Below, piece by piece: positions 35,301 to 48,826 of a stretch of DNA of 64,000 nucleotides; positions within the stretch are counted from its first letter, which is position 1; every line of letters begins with the position of its first letter. Source of the DNA: Oculina patagonica (taxonomy: Eukaryota); NCBI RefSeq assembly GCF_052425735.1, contig NC_135758.1, forward strand, positions 32,860,001 to 32,924,000, read 5' to 3'. The position numbers and the translations under genes are program-made. Below the pieces are notes generated by a model. That model made no database searches and was not told where the DNA came from. It saw nothing but the letters and a program-made list of their open reading frames with translations.

Positions 35301-38300
35301 CATTTGGTAATTAGCTACTGTAGGCAACCGTGGCTAGGGTCATTTTTTTCGTTTTTGTACACCAAGGAGTATAAATGGGTACTGGCAAACTGTCATGGTA
35401 ACCTGACAAAATTTGGGGGGAGGTAACCTGGTGTTGGACTAGTATCCCACTCAGGGGAAATAGCAATACTCCTAACTGCTTCATGCTACCGGAATCCAGT
35501 GTAAGCTCCAAGGGGCTCACGAAGTGGGGGGGGGGGGGTCTACAACAATTATTGTTGTTAGCAATAAAATTCCCCGTGTTCCCCTAAAAGTATTTTGTTG
35601 ATTTTTATGATCCCTGTTCCCTAAAATATCAGAAACACACCTCTTGTTCCCATGTTCCCAGCTTTATTTTCCCTATTGTTTCCCTGTTCCCAATTATTTT
35701 ATGGCCATGTTCCCTTGTTCTTTAAATCCCCTGGGGGTGCCTCAGCTCCAGCTCCAACAAATTGCTCATTGACAACCAACTCTTTTTCTCTTCTTTAGTG
35801 AAAGAGCTGGAGAAATTTTTGTCACCAGAGTTTTTAGAAAATGCTTCACTTACAGATGATGCTAAAGCTGACATAATTATTGCAGGTTAGAGTACAATAA
35901 TCATTTTAATCATAGTATGTTTCTTAGTTCATATATTTTTGTAAATGCTTTTATATTTGCATTCCTGTTTGTTTACAAGTCAAACAGCAAATCTTTCAAC
36001 TTAAAGTGCAGTAGAGTGCCAACCTCTATATAGCCTGTTCCAGGCATTCTGTTAATTGGGGAGCAATGTTAAAAATGGCGAGTGAAAATTAAGGGGAGGG
36101 GTGTGGGAAAGAAGGCGAGAGAACACCTGTGAGCATTTTTAACAAAAGCTCATTCCACCCACAAGCCACGTCTGCAGTTCTCTAGGATTCCGTGAACAAT
36201 TTTAAAGGCCTGGCTGTTTGATTAGAACTGTTGCAAGATAGGTCGATTCAATTCTTATCAAAGATGTTTATTATTGTTTTCATCCAATTTTGCCACACAC
36301 AACTGCACTAGGATATGAAATGAATATATGAAATTCATATATTTGTACTGCGGATATACATTTTAAGCAAATGAAAGATCATCGCAGTAATGTACTCAAC
36401 TTAAGCAGTTGAGAAAAGCAAGCCTGAAAAAAATTCAGGCTTGAACGGGAATCGACCCCATGACCACTGTGAACTAGCAGAGGAAAACACTCCCGCCAGG
36501 GAAGCCAGGCTGAGAGAAAGAAATATTTCTGTTCTTAACAAAAGGAATCAACTTGCAAAAAATCTTTATTCTGAACTCCATGTGACTTTATGACAGATTT
36601 TTGCTCCTCACAGCTTAATAATGCCCGTGAAAAAGATGTAAAATTGACCGATCAGAGGGTATACTAGACTCTGGTATACCAGAACAAGCTTTTGTTAAGA
36701 ATTTCACAGGCATTCCATTGCTCTTTTAACTCAATCCCCTCGCTGTTTTTTCACACTCGTTCTTTGCGTTGCTTCTTAACTAACCAAACGCCTGGCACAG
36801 GCTATCCTCTTTTGGGAAGTAGTAATACACTAGCCACTTATTTCTGCTGAAACCAGCCTAAAAAGCCAGGGGACTACTTACACATGAACAGACATTCCAT
36901 AACAGGTATAATGAATTTTACACATATTGAAATCTAGCCCAACATCCTTAGGTGAAAACCAGCTAAGGACATGTGCAGAACAGCTTCGACAAGTTGAAGA
37001 TTTGAAAAAGGACCTAACCACAGAGCCTCTCAAAGGTTTGTGATGGTTTTGCAACAAATATTTCAAATGACCATATTTAACTAATTTACTGTTCAAAATT
37101 TCTATGTAAATATGCAAGTAAAATATAGTCCGCACCACTGATGCTGAAATACATAGCTACTCTCTGAAATAAATGGACACTCTGGTAGTTCAAATGTTGG
37201 AGATGCAGTAGCCTAATGGTAAGCATACAAGCAGTTAGGGGTTTGGTTAACATCAAGCGGTCTGGGAAAGCCCTCAGCCCTCAGTGGGGAGCAGGGGTGG
37301 CACAGTAGTGAGAGCGCTTGCCTCCCACCAATGTGGCCTGGTTCGATTCCGGCCCGGTGCCATATATGGGTTGAGTTTGTTGTTGGTTCTTGTCCTTGCT
37401 CCGAGGGTTTTTCTCCGGGTTCTTCGGTTTTCCTCCCTCCACAAAAACCAACACTCCAAATTCCAGTTCAATCTTGGATACACGTACAAGTCTTAACGAG
37501 CTCCTGAGCTCTTCCATGTCACATGAGTAAATAAATTACATTTACATTTACATTTTTTTTACAGACTGCTCCGTATTACTGAAGGAGACTGCTGGCTAGC
37601 ATTGTCTCAAGTTGACCTTGCCTAAATTACATTTAGCCCCATTTCATTTACCTTGCACAATCTTAGATTTCTTGTTTTAATTGTCTTGCTTACTTATAAA
37701 CAGATTTACCAACCTGGTCTGCCAAAATACAACCACTGGTAGAACTTCATATCCAGCAAAAGGTAATTATGTCTAATTAACAATAATATTAGACTACGAG
37801 CTCGAGTTTTCTAGGAGCAAATAGTCAACAAGGCACAACCTTAGCTTGTTGACTATTCACTCTAGAAAATAAGGGCGAGTACTCTAATTGTTTTAGTAGA
37901 AACTCTAAAGAACTGCAGTCCAAAACCTACAATTTCAGATACTTTTTAGCCAAAATTCAAGAAAAAGTGCCCCTTAAAAGAGCAACTCGCACGCAATTGT
38001 GTTCTATCAGCAAGTAGAAAACAGTGCGAGAACCAATCAGATTTGTAGATTTCCAATAGAACACGAATGAGTTTATACTAAGAATATTTATCCCATGCCT
38101 TTTAGAATACAGCCAATTAGGAAGCTTGATAGCTGTTGTATATTTTGCAGTATCCCATAGGTCTTATGGACTTTTAATGCATTGAAAGTTTTTACACTGG
38201 TGTCATGATTTGTTTCTATTACAGGAGGAATTTACCAATGCTGATGAGAGGTTACATAACCTTCTAACAGCCTACAACAATATTGTATCCTTTGACATGT

Positions 38301-39274
38301 GACTAAAATCATTTAGTGTAGGGTGCAAAGAAGTTGATGTCTGGTAGCCGACATTAACGGTCGTTATCTTGTGGTCGTGCCTGTGGACTTAATCCTTCAC
38401 TTGCCCAATGGGTAACTGAAGCATCATAAGCATTGTGCTTAGGAGAATGTTTTGGGGGTTAGAAAAACTGACTTTCAGGCTAGTACATCCTGGCAACAGC
38501 TTCTCTTTACACCCTTGTGATGTGTGATGGAGTTATAGTTTACGCCCCATGTATACATACAGATCGCAGCAGTGCCATAGCAAGGGTGAAATAAGTGGGG
38601 GGGGGGGGCACGCGAGTGCCGGAGGCGCTAGCCGCTAGGGGGGGCATGCTCCCCCAGAAAATTTTGAAATCTAGAGGCTTGGAAATGCTATTTCCAGCGT
38701 TCTCAAAGCGCTATTTGTGATTTATGCATATCGCGAATTTGAGACATTTTTGAGACATTTCGACATTTTTGAGACATTTTGAGACATTTTTTCACATTGT
38801 TGTCACGATTTCTGGTTTGTTTTAGTTTTTGGCTGTTTAATATTGTTGTGCATCACCCTACGTAGGTTAAAAATGAAAAGAAGTACAAATGTTATTGTTT
38901 CATACCTCTCGGGAGATAAAATTTTAATTTCAACATTTAATGCAGGTCTGTTTTTACTTTTTGGGAAAAAAAACTGGCCCCTCCCCTTGCTACGGCATTG
39001 CGCAGAGAGAAAAAGAATGAACTTAGGGAAAAACCCACTGTTCATGACATTGAGATGTCCTTAATCTAAACTCAAATTTGAACGGGTTTTTGAGAGCCAC
39101 AGTTTCGATTATTTGTTTATTTATTTTAAACTGTTCTTCTTGTAATCAAGAAGCCTTAGCTATATATTCCTTAATTATTTCTTACAGATAAATCTCCTAT
39201 CCAAACAGTTTGTTCAGTGGGACAATATGCTGACACAAATAGAACAAGCAATGGAAGTTAAACACGCTGATTAG
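32345..39274 (+). CDS. DCTN3: Dynactin subunit 3 (p22/p24), ~7 exons
   Basis: LDVLEKRISELERR, KELEKFLSPEF...DDAKADIIIA, LLTAYNNI-INLLSKQFVQWDNMLTQIE; GT-AG exons at ~32345-32458, 34973-35057, 35799-35885, 36951-37035, 37704-37762, 38226-38284, 39189-39274. Confidence 0.88.
32788..34732 (-). mobile_element. Kolobok-type non-autonomous DNA transposon (TTAA TSD, AG...CT termini) carrying a THAP remnant, in DCTN3 intron 1
   Basis: ttaa|agtgcctatgaagtgaaaaatg ... catttttcatttcataggcact|ttaa, with long imperfect TIRs; minus-strand RFCVAGAPNQQSCKN...LCS THAP-like peptide. Confidence 0.75.
33995..34400. repeat. Internal ~100-bp tandem repeat (3-4 diverged copies) within the Kolobok-type element
   Basis: tttactatcggctatttcgaactccaaagtgtgc recurs at ~34001, ~34120 and ~34220. 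Confidence 0.8.
36310..36470 (-). mobile_element. SINE fragment (tRNA-derived)
   Basis: B-box-like gtcatggggtcgattcccgttcaagcctgaa on the minus strand. Confidence 0.5.
37285..37560 (+). mobile_element. tRNA-derived SINE with (TTTACA)n tail
   Basis: A-box ggtggcacagtagtg, B-box ggttcgattcc, body gggtttttctccggg, simple-repeat tail. Confidence 0.75.
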
Positions 39275-40995
39275 CTTGTAAAACATCTATCAAAACAAAT
39301 GTAGAAAATATTTAAGGGATTGTCAAAACGCCATATGCCATATACGTAATAAAGGTCAATAAAGTAGAATTGGAAAGGTGTCTTCATGTGGTTAAACAGT
39401 GGAGGGGGACAGGAGGGCGGGAGCCTGGGAGAAAAGGGGCAGGGGCGAGAGTCTCAAGGTGACAAATGCGTTCCCATTCCTGTCATTTTTCAGATTCACA
39501 ACCTTAAACGCTCCTTAAACAACCTTAAACGCTCCTTACCGAGAGAACTCTAGCGGCGGTTATTTTAGGTTTTAGCACCTTAGCGGTAAACAAAAAGATG
39601 CGACAAGCACCCCTGTCATTTTTATAGGGGAGACCCCCCGGGGATAAAACGCGTCCAAAACGCGCGCGATTTTGAAAGACCGAGGGCAAAGTCCACTGGT
39701 CCGAGGATTACCTGAAATGAGGTCCTGCCAGGGGGGTTCTCGGGTCGCTTGTCTGAATTTGAAAATGTTCCGTGTCGCTGTTTTATTGCTCTTCATGTCG
39801 CTGTCGGTCACTATCATCATCATCAATTCTCCTCACGCCAGTAGGCGCATAAGGGCATGTCGGTAACTAAATTGAAGGAAAATTCCCTGTCCGTGTCGGA
39901 ATTTAAGTTTTTCCGTAGGCGTTGTCGTTTGTCGCAATTTTATTTTATGTGCTGTCGCTACTTTTTGGGCCGTGTCGCTTGTCGGAATTTACCCTGGCAG
40001 GGCCTCTGAAATGGTACAACGCCTTCAAAACAGGCGAAAATGCCTTTTTTAAAGTTTTGGTGGGATCGAGTTCGATGCCGCCATTTTGTGTTCCCCAATT
40101 TCCCTTCAGTAGAGGATGTTCCTGATGTGGGAAGGGGGAAGGGTTGGAAAATCGACTTTTTTTCTCATCAGTCGATCAATAGCTTTAGTAGTGCCTACAA
40201 GTAAAGTAGATCTATCACTAAGAGCAAGCACTGAAGCACTGAAACATGATTGGTAGCTCCTGCCTGTACAGGCTTACACCTCAGACCAAAGGGTGGAATG
40301 ATCTACAGGTTAAAAACAACTATCATTTTGCTACATGTTCTGTCTTCTAATGGTTATAATTCAACAATTTTTAATAAAGATTTCAACTTTTCCCGCAAAA
40401 TTTGAGTATTGTTATTACCAGAAAAAAAACTGGTTTCATGGATTGATGAGATGGCGGGTAGAAAACCAATAATGACTAATAATATTTCAAAACCATGAAT
40501 GAAACAGATATTTTTGCCCAATTTTGGCATTTATACTTAGTTCATTTTAATACCTGAAGAAAACGTAATACCCTGAGTCAAATAAAAGCAAAACTTTTAT
40601 TAAACAGCGCACGGTTTTGTGCAACCAAACTTTGTTCCTTTCTCGTCTTCTGTCTTACACTGAATAAGAGTCTCAAATCAGGCAAGCTAAAAGAACTGGA
40701 ATTTTATTATTAAAAAAATACATGGCTTTGCATGTGCCTTATAGTTGACTTATTTTAAAAAACTTTATTTGAAATTCTTTGGACTACCGTATGAAGCATT
40801 TGGCGGGAAAAGTGTCGCGCAATTTCGCGCCCTTTTTGGCACTTGGTAGTTTTGGCCTGATGACTGACCGTAACATTGTGGCAAGTTCATTCACTACACA
40901 GTCAAAGTTAAAATAACTTTTCAAAGGGCTAAAATCAGACCGTTAATTCTTCCATAAATCAGATTTCAAGACAATCTTGAAGTAGGATCTAAATC

Positions 40996-43900
40996 ATGTC
41001 CGTGGAAAAGGGATCAACGGTTCTGTCACCAAAGAAGACACCGCTCTGCGCTCGATGCAAGCATCATGGCGTTCGGACCACTTTGAAAGGGCACAAGAGG
41101 TTTTGTAAGTGGAAAGATTGCGAGTGCCAAAAGTGTATTTTGATAAGTCAGAGAAGAAAAATAATGGCTGCCCAAGTTGCTATAAGAAGACAGATGGACG
41201 ATCGGTTGCTGGCGGAGAATAATGAAGATGCTTCAAGCTGCGAGGTGCGGATTCGAGCTACGCAAACGGAGCGACACGGCATTAGTTTTGCTTCAACAGG
41301 TAAGCTAAAGTTGTTTTCTTCAGAAAATGTTTCTTTAGAGAACCGGTTTAACTTGGTAAGAAACTTCTCGATTACATGTGAACCAGATTTGGAATTAATC
41401 CTACAAGGCATGTAAAGGAAAATTTAAGGTTATTGCTGAATTATGAAAAAATAACCAGCAACTCAATTTCAAATCAAAATATTTAATGTTTGTAGTGATT
41501 TTACCAGGATTCAAGGAGACCGAGCTAGTATTCTGGTTTGTACAAGCAATTCAGCTGAGTTACAGAAAAAATATAGAGCTTTTTCAGGTCGCTGAGGACA
41601 AAATTGATGTATAGATCATACATACAGCGCACAGTAGTTCAAAAAACGTGAGGCCGACCGGTGTAGCAAAGTCTTCAATGATTCTCACCGGGATAAAGTG
41701 TTTTGAAAGAGATTTTCTTAAGATCGGCGAAATGACGAAATTCCAGGATTTTTTAAATTTATTACGTCATGATATACGGCGATCAGCCTCTATTCGAGTT
41801 TTGTTTAGGAAACCATTCCATGATCGTGAACAGCTATTTATAGTTCACGTAAATATTGAGTAGACGAGGATGCTAAAACATTAAGGTTTATTATAATCAT
41901 TTCATCGGGCATTGTGGCGTATTTTGCGGGCTAAAATGAAGAATTCAGCGGGCTAAAATATATTTTAGCCCGCTGCGGTGGACCAATCAGAAACAAGAAA
42001 ATAACGGAGCCAGCCAATCAGAACTGAAAACCATTCAACTGTTCGCACCGTTTTCTTGCTGGCTCTTCGTTTAATTTGAGTCAAGACGCTTCCATCTGCA
42101 ATTGCAAACTGTTTTCGAGCTTTAAAACAACAAAATGGTTGAAGGACTGAACGGGAAAGCAAATTCTCAGTCTTCTTAGCTAGATGAAGAGGAATTACAG
42201 AAACTCAAAGAAGAATCCAGGCGGCGAAGTGAATGTAAGTTTGTCTTCGTCGAGTGAAACTCGCTCAGTTGAATTTGAAGCATATTCCAAACTGCCAGTT
42301 CAGTTAACAGCACAATTAATTTTAACACTTCTAAATGACGACTATTTCTTCGCTGCCGATAGAATTTTGTTATTTCCTTTTTAAGCAAAGATTGTTTTGA
42401 GTACTTTGCGGTTTTCTGCCGAGTTTTGTAAACTTTACAATCAGAAATAAACGCCGACTCGCAACGGCAGTGTTCAAGATATCGCTTACTGTTTTTGATT
42501 CCTTAACTAAATGCCCTCTGAAATGATTATAATAGTAATAGAGTTAATGTTCTTGGGCGTAAATATGTTTTTGGCCCTTCTCAGAGCTCATTTTAGCCCT
42601 TGCCTACGGCTCGGGCTAAAATGAGCCTGAGTCGGGCCAAAAACATATTTACGCCCGCGAACATCAACTCTATTGTTATATTAAATTTATTAAGTTACAC
42701 AAATAACAATAAGGCAAAATGTTTGTATTTTTATCTAAAAGCTTACTTTATGGTTTACTACCACGAAAACAGGCAAAGCTCACATCGAATTCGATTTTCA
42801 TAATTTCATTCAGTGGACGATCTTTGACAAACGAAAGTTAAGCAGAGCTTTGTATTTACAGGTGTTTTAGAGACGCTTGGTAGATGGAATTAACTGATGG
42901 CAATAGCGAAATAAATTTTACACTAACAACGATATCTTTTTAGTTGAAAACACACCAACGTCTATTTTTTTCTCGGATTTTTTTTAGATGAAACCGTGAA
43001 CTCAAGTGCGTTTTTGTCACCAATGAATTCCCCAGACCTCCCTGGACCGTCAAGTCATGTCACGGTAAGGCCCCCAGCCGACTCCAGCAGGATTGCCAGA
43101 TGTTTATGGATTCTCACCAGGATCTTCCCTGAAGTCTCTCAAATATTCCTGCATACACTGCTGGAGTCACGTGACTTTGACCTGTTGGCTACCCTTGAAA
43201 CATTGGTTAATATGGCACAGCATGGAAACTTTGTTTCATACCCTGGCATCATTCCATCCATCAGATTTTATCCAGGTACATTAATCTAAGGAAGCTCAAG
43301 TCTACAGAATAGAAAAATACCTCTTTCTTATCCTTGGCTGCAAGCCAATTTCTTGACTCGTAAGGACATGTCTGTCAGTAGATTGCTCGTGGTTTATGTC
43401 AATGTATAGGGTCTTCTTACACATTATTTTACAAGGCCACTGTATTATATGAAGGTTGTCCTAAAAGCGCATAATAGTTAGAGGTAGAGATCTTTAAAAG
43501 TTACTTAGAAAATGAAACAGAAATAACACCACCCCTTCATTGTTGTTGTGAGGTTTTTATTGACTTAAAAACTAAAGGACGAAAAACTGACCAATGTACT
43601 AATTGTTTGTGATTGACTGCCTGACTGACTCTTTTGACTGTCTGGCAGACAGATGGATTGAGGGTCAACCAATCATCTAAATGTTTGACTAATTCACTGG
43701 CTTACTGACTCACTCACTGTCTGTCTGACTAACAAACTGACTCTGACTGTCTAGCAGACAGATGGACTGGGAATCAACGGACCATATAAATGTTTGACTG
43801 ACTCACTGGCTTACTGACTGAGACAGACTGACTGGTGACTCACTGTTTAACTGTCTGAATATCTTCCCAACTTGTAAACAAAGAGATTGACTGGGTGGGC

Positions 43901-44367
43901 TAAACGGACTAACAGTTGACAAAAAAACACTTAAAAAACTCATTAATAATTCATAAAGAAATTACAAAAGAAATTAATGTTTAATGAGTGTCTTTATACC
44001 TGATAAAGACACGGCTAAACTTTATGTCCAATTTTCTAGGCCAAAATATCCCCAAATCTAAATCATTAGTGCAAGAATGAGTTTATCTACATCAGAAGAT
44101 TTTTAAGCCGTTAAATAAATTCCCAGTTCGTGTTTTATCAAGTCTAAAACACTCGGCTGCACCTCGTGTTTTAAACTTGATAAAACACTGCTGCTTATTT
44201 ATTAAACATTACATAAAATTGAAGGACCTGTACAGAGACTAACGATTTGTAATTGTGTTGTTTTCTGCATTGCAGTTGCTCCTGACAAACAGCCTTGGAA
44301 TGATGATGCTGCAGCTCATGCATTAATGTCTCTTTCCAGTCAACAAAACATCAACTCCAGTAAATGA
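40996..44367 (+). CDS. Doublesex/mab-3-related (DMRT) transcription factor with DM and DMA domains; exons 40996-41299, 42184-42234, 42988-43275, 44276-44367
   Basis: [10 protein letters not shown]...[37 protein letters not shown] (DM); [31 protein letters not shown] (DMA-like); phase-1 junctions give an open frame. Exons 2 and 4 are less certain. Confidence 0.88.
42535..42682. repeat. Short palindromic element
   Basis: aatagagttaatgttcttgggcgtaaatatgtttttggccc / gggccaaaaacatatttacgcccgcgaacatcaactctatt. Confidence 0.7.
43600..43860. repeat. Degenerate (CTGA)n repeat with an internal ~110-bp duplication
   Basis: tgactgtctggcagacagatgga...aaatgtttgact occurs twice. Confidence 0.6.
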
Positions 44368-45466
44368 AATATGCTGATATCACACTGAGCAAAAGGCACG
44401 ATTAAAAAGACTTTAGAAATTTGTTCAGTTTTCAAAAAAGATAAAATAGGTATTAGCATTTTTGCTGTCTGTTCCAAGAATGTACAAGAGATTTAGAATG
44501 TACATGGAAGGCAATTGGAAATTCTGTGGTGGTGGGGATCTAAAAAACAAAATGTTTTGAAGTATGAAGCTATAAAACTGGAATTTCCAGAGGTGTGAGC
44601 CTGGAGGAGAGTTCCAACCAAAAAACCTTCCTTGGGGGAGGCATGGATATATTGTGGAACAACACAATAATGAAAAACAAGATATTGATTATTCAGTGAC
44701 ACCAGCTACTGGGAATATTTTTCAATTTTTTCCTAACAGGTGTTGAACTTATGACTTTCTACACAGATCAAAAGTCCTGCTAGGAGAAGTCACAAAATGT
44801 TTTTTCCAAGGTCATGGCATATCTGTGTTACTGATAATTCCAGCCACGCTTAACATAGACCAACATTTCTAATTCCACAATTTAAATTTTATAATGGAAT
44901 TTTTTTTCAAAAATGTCACACTTGGAAAAATTCAAGAGAAAAAAAATTGATAAGAAAATGGTGGTTTATATGATCTTATTTTGCAAATGTTGTGTAATTT
45001 AATGCAAACACCTTGTGCAAAGTGTTTTATTTCAGCGTTTCTGTGAAGCAGGTAAACAAGAGTTGTTGTTCAATATTTTATATTTGACTATCCAAAGATT
45101 ATGTCAGAAATTTCAGATAAGTTGTGTTGTATAAATAGAAATTACTTAATACTTAAAATTCATGCAAATCAGGTTCATGGCTGGTCCTAAAAAATAGCTT
45201 TATTAGTAAATTTTAGTAATTGGACTGAGTGGAAAATCGAGCATAATTACTACTTGATTTGTACAACACAAGGCCCAGGTACCAATTAATCATATCAATA
45301 ACAAAAGTTAAGAAAGATTGTGAACATTATTTAGTCAGAAAGTACGAGACATATTCTATCACTTTCACAGAAAGAAGTGAAGCAGCAAAAAAACTCAAGT
45401 GCAGGTGTCCAATAACAGAATTTAGGTTGCAGACATTATTGGGCTTCCATCAGAAGTTGGTATTGA

Positions 45467-45610
45467 TAGAGTGATTTCAGTTAACCCGTGAAATAGTTAT
45501 TACACTTTTAGATACTATTAGACACAAATTTCATTGTTTTCTTTTGTTTCCGTTCGACTATTACGCACAAACTGCTAGATATTGTTTCACGGGTTAAATG
45601 AAATCACTCT
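45467..45610. repeat. Short inverted-repeat element
   Basis: tagagtgatttcagttaacccgtgaaa / tttcacgggttaaatgaaatcactcta. Confidence 0.65.
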
Positions 45611-46567
45611 AAGATTATAGGTATAATAGCATAATACTGTAATTTTAATGTAGTTACAACTACTGCAAGGCTTTTTGAGTGTAGCTTAGTTAGATTGTTA
45701 ATAGCTTTTACTTGCTGGCAAGTTTATTATAAGCTCACTGAAATTTGAGGCAATTAAATCACTAGCATAGCATAGCGTAACATAGCAGCAGGTTTGAATA
45801 AATTTTTTCATTTATAGTATGTGGTGTTTCTGTTGTTTCACCAGGCATTTAATGCCGGCCTTGCAACTTTTGCTGATGTGGGTAAGTAGATGGGTGAACA
45901 TAACTGATAAGTCAGTTCCTGAATCTTCATTTTGTTGCATGGATTTTATTTTTTGGTCAGTATAGCCTGCAAAACAGGCAGTTTATTTTGTGGGTCGCGC
46001 AAAACGCGAGGGCGAGCACGAAGGCCACTGTATGCTTTTTTATTGATAGTAGAGAACAAGCACCTTTTCCTTTTCCCCTCCTCTCTGAAAACTATGCAAA
46101 ACTGTGTTTTTTGTGTAAATAAGTTATGTATGAACAAAAGCATCACAATGTATAACCTTTGAGACAGACCTTTTTCTGAATCATTAATACAAAGTGGTCA
46201 ATAAACCTCCCCTTCCCCCTGTTGGAGAATCTCTATAGTGGTCTATACGGGGATGCTCCGCCCTAAAAGGGACCTCAGGTCAAGTAGCAAGTCAAAAAAA
46301 AAGATGCCTCTATTACTTGGCCTTGAATTACAGCTTCAGTTGCAGAAAACACTCACTGAATGAAGGATTATAATGTATATTTTATTGAAAAATATTACAT
46401 ATCGGTAGCTTGTATTTTATAGATTGTCTGATAGTAAAACTTGCATTTCAATCTGTTGATTCTTTGTCACTGAACTGTTCGTGCCACCTTTCTAACATAA
46501 AGTTATTGTACTATACATACTGGTAGCTTTCAAAAAATTCACTAAAATCTCAATTGTCAAAATCTAG

Positions 46568-48420
46568 GGCGAAGGTTAAGAATCCGATCCAAACAACGCG
46601 TCGGTCAACACGTCGGTCAACGTGTCGGCCGACGCGTCGGCCGACTGTCGGTCGACTGTCGGTCGACAGTCGACCGACACACGGCCGACAGTCGGCCGAC
46701 GCGTCGGCAAGTATTTTTCAGTACATGAAAACCGAGGATAAATTGTGCGTCGGTGGTGCGTCGGCGGTGCGTTGGCGGTGCGTCGGCGACTTTTTCTCTT
46801 GAAATAAAAGCTTACAATGATTAAGTTTGGTGTTGTCTTTCTCATTATTTAAAATTTCGAAGTCATTTGATTAGTTTTAGCTGCAATAAGTCTGGAAATG
46901 ATCGCGTTTTTTTTTTGTCGACGCCATTTTGTTTTGACATCGACCTAGTCCCCACGCTACTTTAACATGCAGCCTGACTGGGCACTAGACAGGTAAGTCG
47001 ACTTAATACTTGGGTATTATTTAGTTTCGGGATTGATAGGGATTGTATTAACTCTTTATTGGTCATTTTCTTTTGTATTTGTGGTGGCTCCTAAAGGAGC
47101 CGTTGGTTTTGAATAAATATTCTTTTATTGTAGCGGAAACTGCTCAGCAATGTCTTCCAGCAGCTGTTCAAATGCTCTGTCTCCTGCGAAGTTTCTGAAC
47201 CAGACGAACTCATCTAAGTAACTTGGTAAGTGTTCGTAAAGGGTACCAGACATGGACTTCAACTTCTTTTTCACCAAAGCCCACAAGCCTTTGATTGTGT
47301 TGGTGTGTGCACCACTGTCTGGATCGACGAAGTTCTCTGAGTGATTCACCGACAGGTGAATGTATCCGAGCTGGTTCAGTGGGATGTACGGGGAAAATTG
47401 ATCAGAGTAGATGACAGTTCCGGGAAGAATGTGCGTTGTAATTAGACGGTGAACAAGTGTTGCTCTTGTACGATCTGGAACACGGAACAGTAGCGCCTTT
47501 TTAGATCCACGCTCCACGGCTCCAAACACCCACGGACCTTCCGATACTCTCCCTCTCTGGTACTTTCTCTTGGCCCCAAACTTTGACTCGTCTATCTCCA
47601 CGGTCTTTCCCACGCCTCCGATCTTAATTCCAGCATTCAGAATCTTGTTAGAACAGATTGTTCTCAGCTCACTCAGCGCACGGATCACGGTAGGCTTTGA
47701 AAGCCCAGTCAGCCTCGAGATTTGACTTCCAGACAACTTCGTAGACCACAGGAACATCAGATGAAGCCACGTACTCAAGGGGATATTGGAACCTTCGAAG
47801 TATGAGCCTGACCTTATAGACAGCCAGGTTCGACAGCGGCTATTTACACACCGCCACATGTAGCCATCATTTACGCGCGTGGTCTCAGTTAATTCCATAT
47901 CAGAATTACATCGAGAACACTGACGTTGACTCGCTAAGAGTCGATTATTCACTAAAAAGTTAAAAACACTCTGGAAACTTCCTAATAAAACAAGAAGATC
48001 CCGAAACTCCATTTTCAACTTTTGCAGAGCCTAGTTACGAGTTTAAGTTTTAAAGATGGCGTCGGTATTACGTTGTCGTCTTTCTGTGTTTCCCACTCCT
48101 TTCAAAGACTGAAAAGTAAGTAAAAAAATAATAGTCTAACAAACAAGCAACATAACAAAGAATAGTGTTCGTAGCCTTCGTATCTGTAGTGTGTTTGTCG
48201 GCGTTCGTAGCCTTTGCGTCGGCATTGTTTTGGTCGGCGTTCATAGTCTTTGTCTTTCTCTTTGTCGGTGATGTGTCGGCCGACGCGTCGGTAATGAGTC
48301 GGCCGACGCGTCGGTAATGTGTCGGCCGACGCGTCGGTAGTGTGTTGGTGGTGGGTCGGCCGACACGTTGGCCGACGCGTTGACCGACGCGTTGTTTGGA
48401 TCGGATTCTTAACCTTTTCC
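46568..48420 (-). mobile_element. Full-length Merlin (IS1016/ISXO2-like) DNA transposon with 8-bp TSD
   Basis: aaatctag at 46560-46567 and 48421-48428; GG termini; TIR (a)aggttaagaatccgatccaaacaacgcgtcggtcaac; subterminal gtcggccgac repeats. Confidence 0.93.
47125..48018 (-). CDS. Merlin/ISXO2 transposase, 297 aa
   Basis: Zinc-ribbon CSRC...WRC...C; VEIDESKF; IYSD; VNHSENFVDP; HTNTIKGLW; YLDEF. Confidence 0.92.
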   Translation of the reverse strand: MKMEFRDLLVLLGSFQSVFNFLVNNRLLASQRQCSRCNSDMELTETTRVNDGYMWRCVNSRCRTWLSIRSGSYFEGSNIPLSTWLHLMFLWSTKLSGSQISRLTGLSKPTVIRALSELRTICSNKILNAGIKIGGVGKTVEIDESKFGAKRKYQRGRVSEGPWVFGAVERGSKKALLFRVPDRTRATLVHRLITTHILPGTVIYSDQFSPYIPLNQLGYIHLSVNHSENFVDPDSGAHTNTIKGLWALVKKKLKSMSGTLYEHLPSYLDEFVWFRNFAGDRAFEQLLEDIAEQFPLQ

Positions 48421-48826
48421 AAATCTAGTACCACCAGAATGATCCTTGATCTTCTGAGGTACAAGATCACAGAATAAGTTATGAGTATAATTATATCTAT
48501 ATATACACACTGAAGCAAAATGTTTACCAAAAGAAGCAAAATGGCCGTATGCTATGGATCAGTATTCAGTATGATAGCTTTGTCAGTTCAAAATAGTTGA
48601 ATAACCTCAAATTACTTGTGAAGTTCATAAGTGTTGCACATTGTGGGGCTTGCTAATTTTCACGTCTGCATAACACAGTGGCAAGGACGCTGCAAACTCT
48701 GTGATTATGCAGTTTGATTGGATGATTGATGACAAACCGCTTTCCAATAATACGGAGGCGATAGCTCCTCCTTCCCAGGCATACTATGAGTAACCTACAT
48801 GAAGTGTATTCTTTCCTACACATCTC

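Noticed and set aside
46575-46800. CRISPR-like short palindromic repeats (gtcggccgac)
   Set aside because: These are subterminal repeats of the Merlin TIR; no unique spacers, and the context is eukaryotic
47125-48018. Bacterial IS1595 contamination or horizontal transfer
   Set aside because: Merlin is the established eukaryotic relative of IS1016/IS1595 elements, and this copy is integrated with a TSD between intron-containing genes
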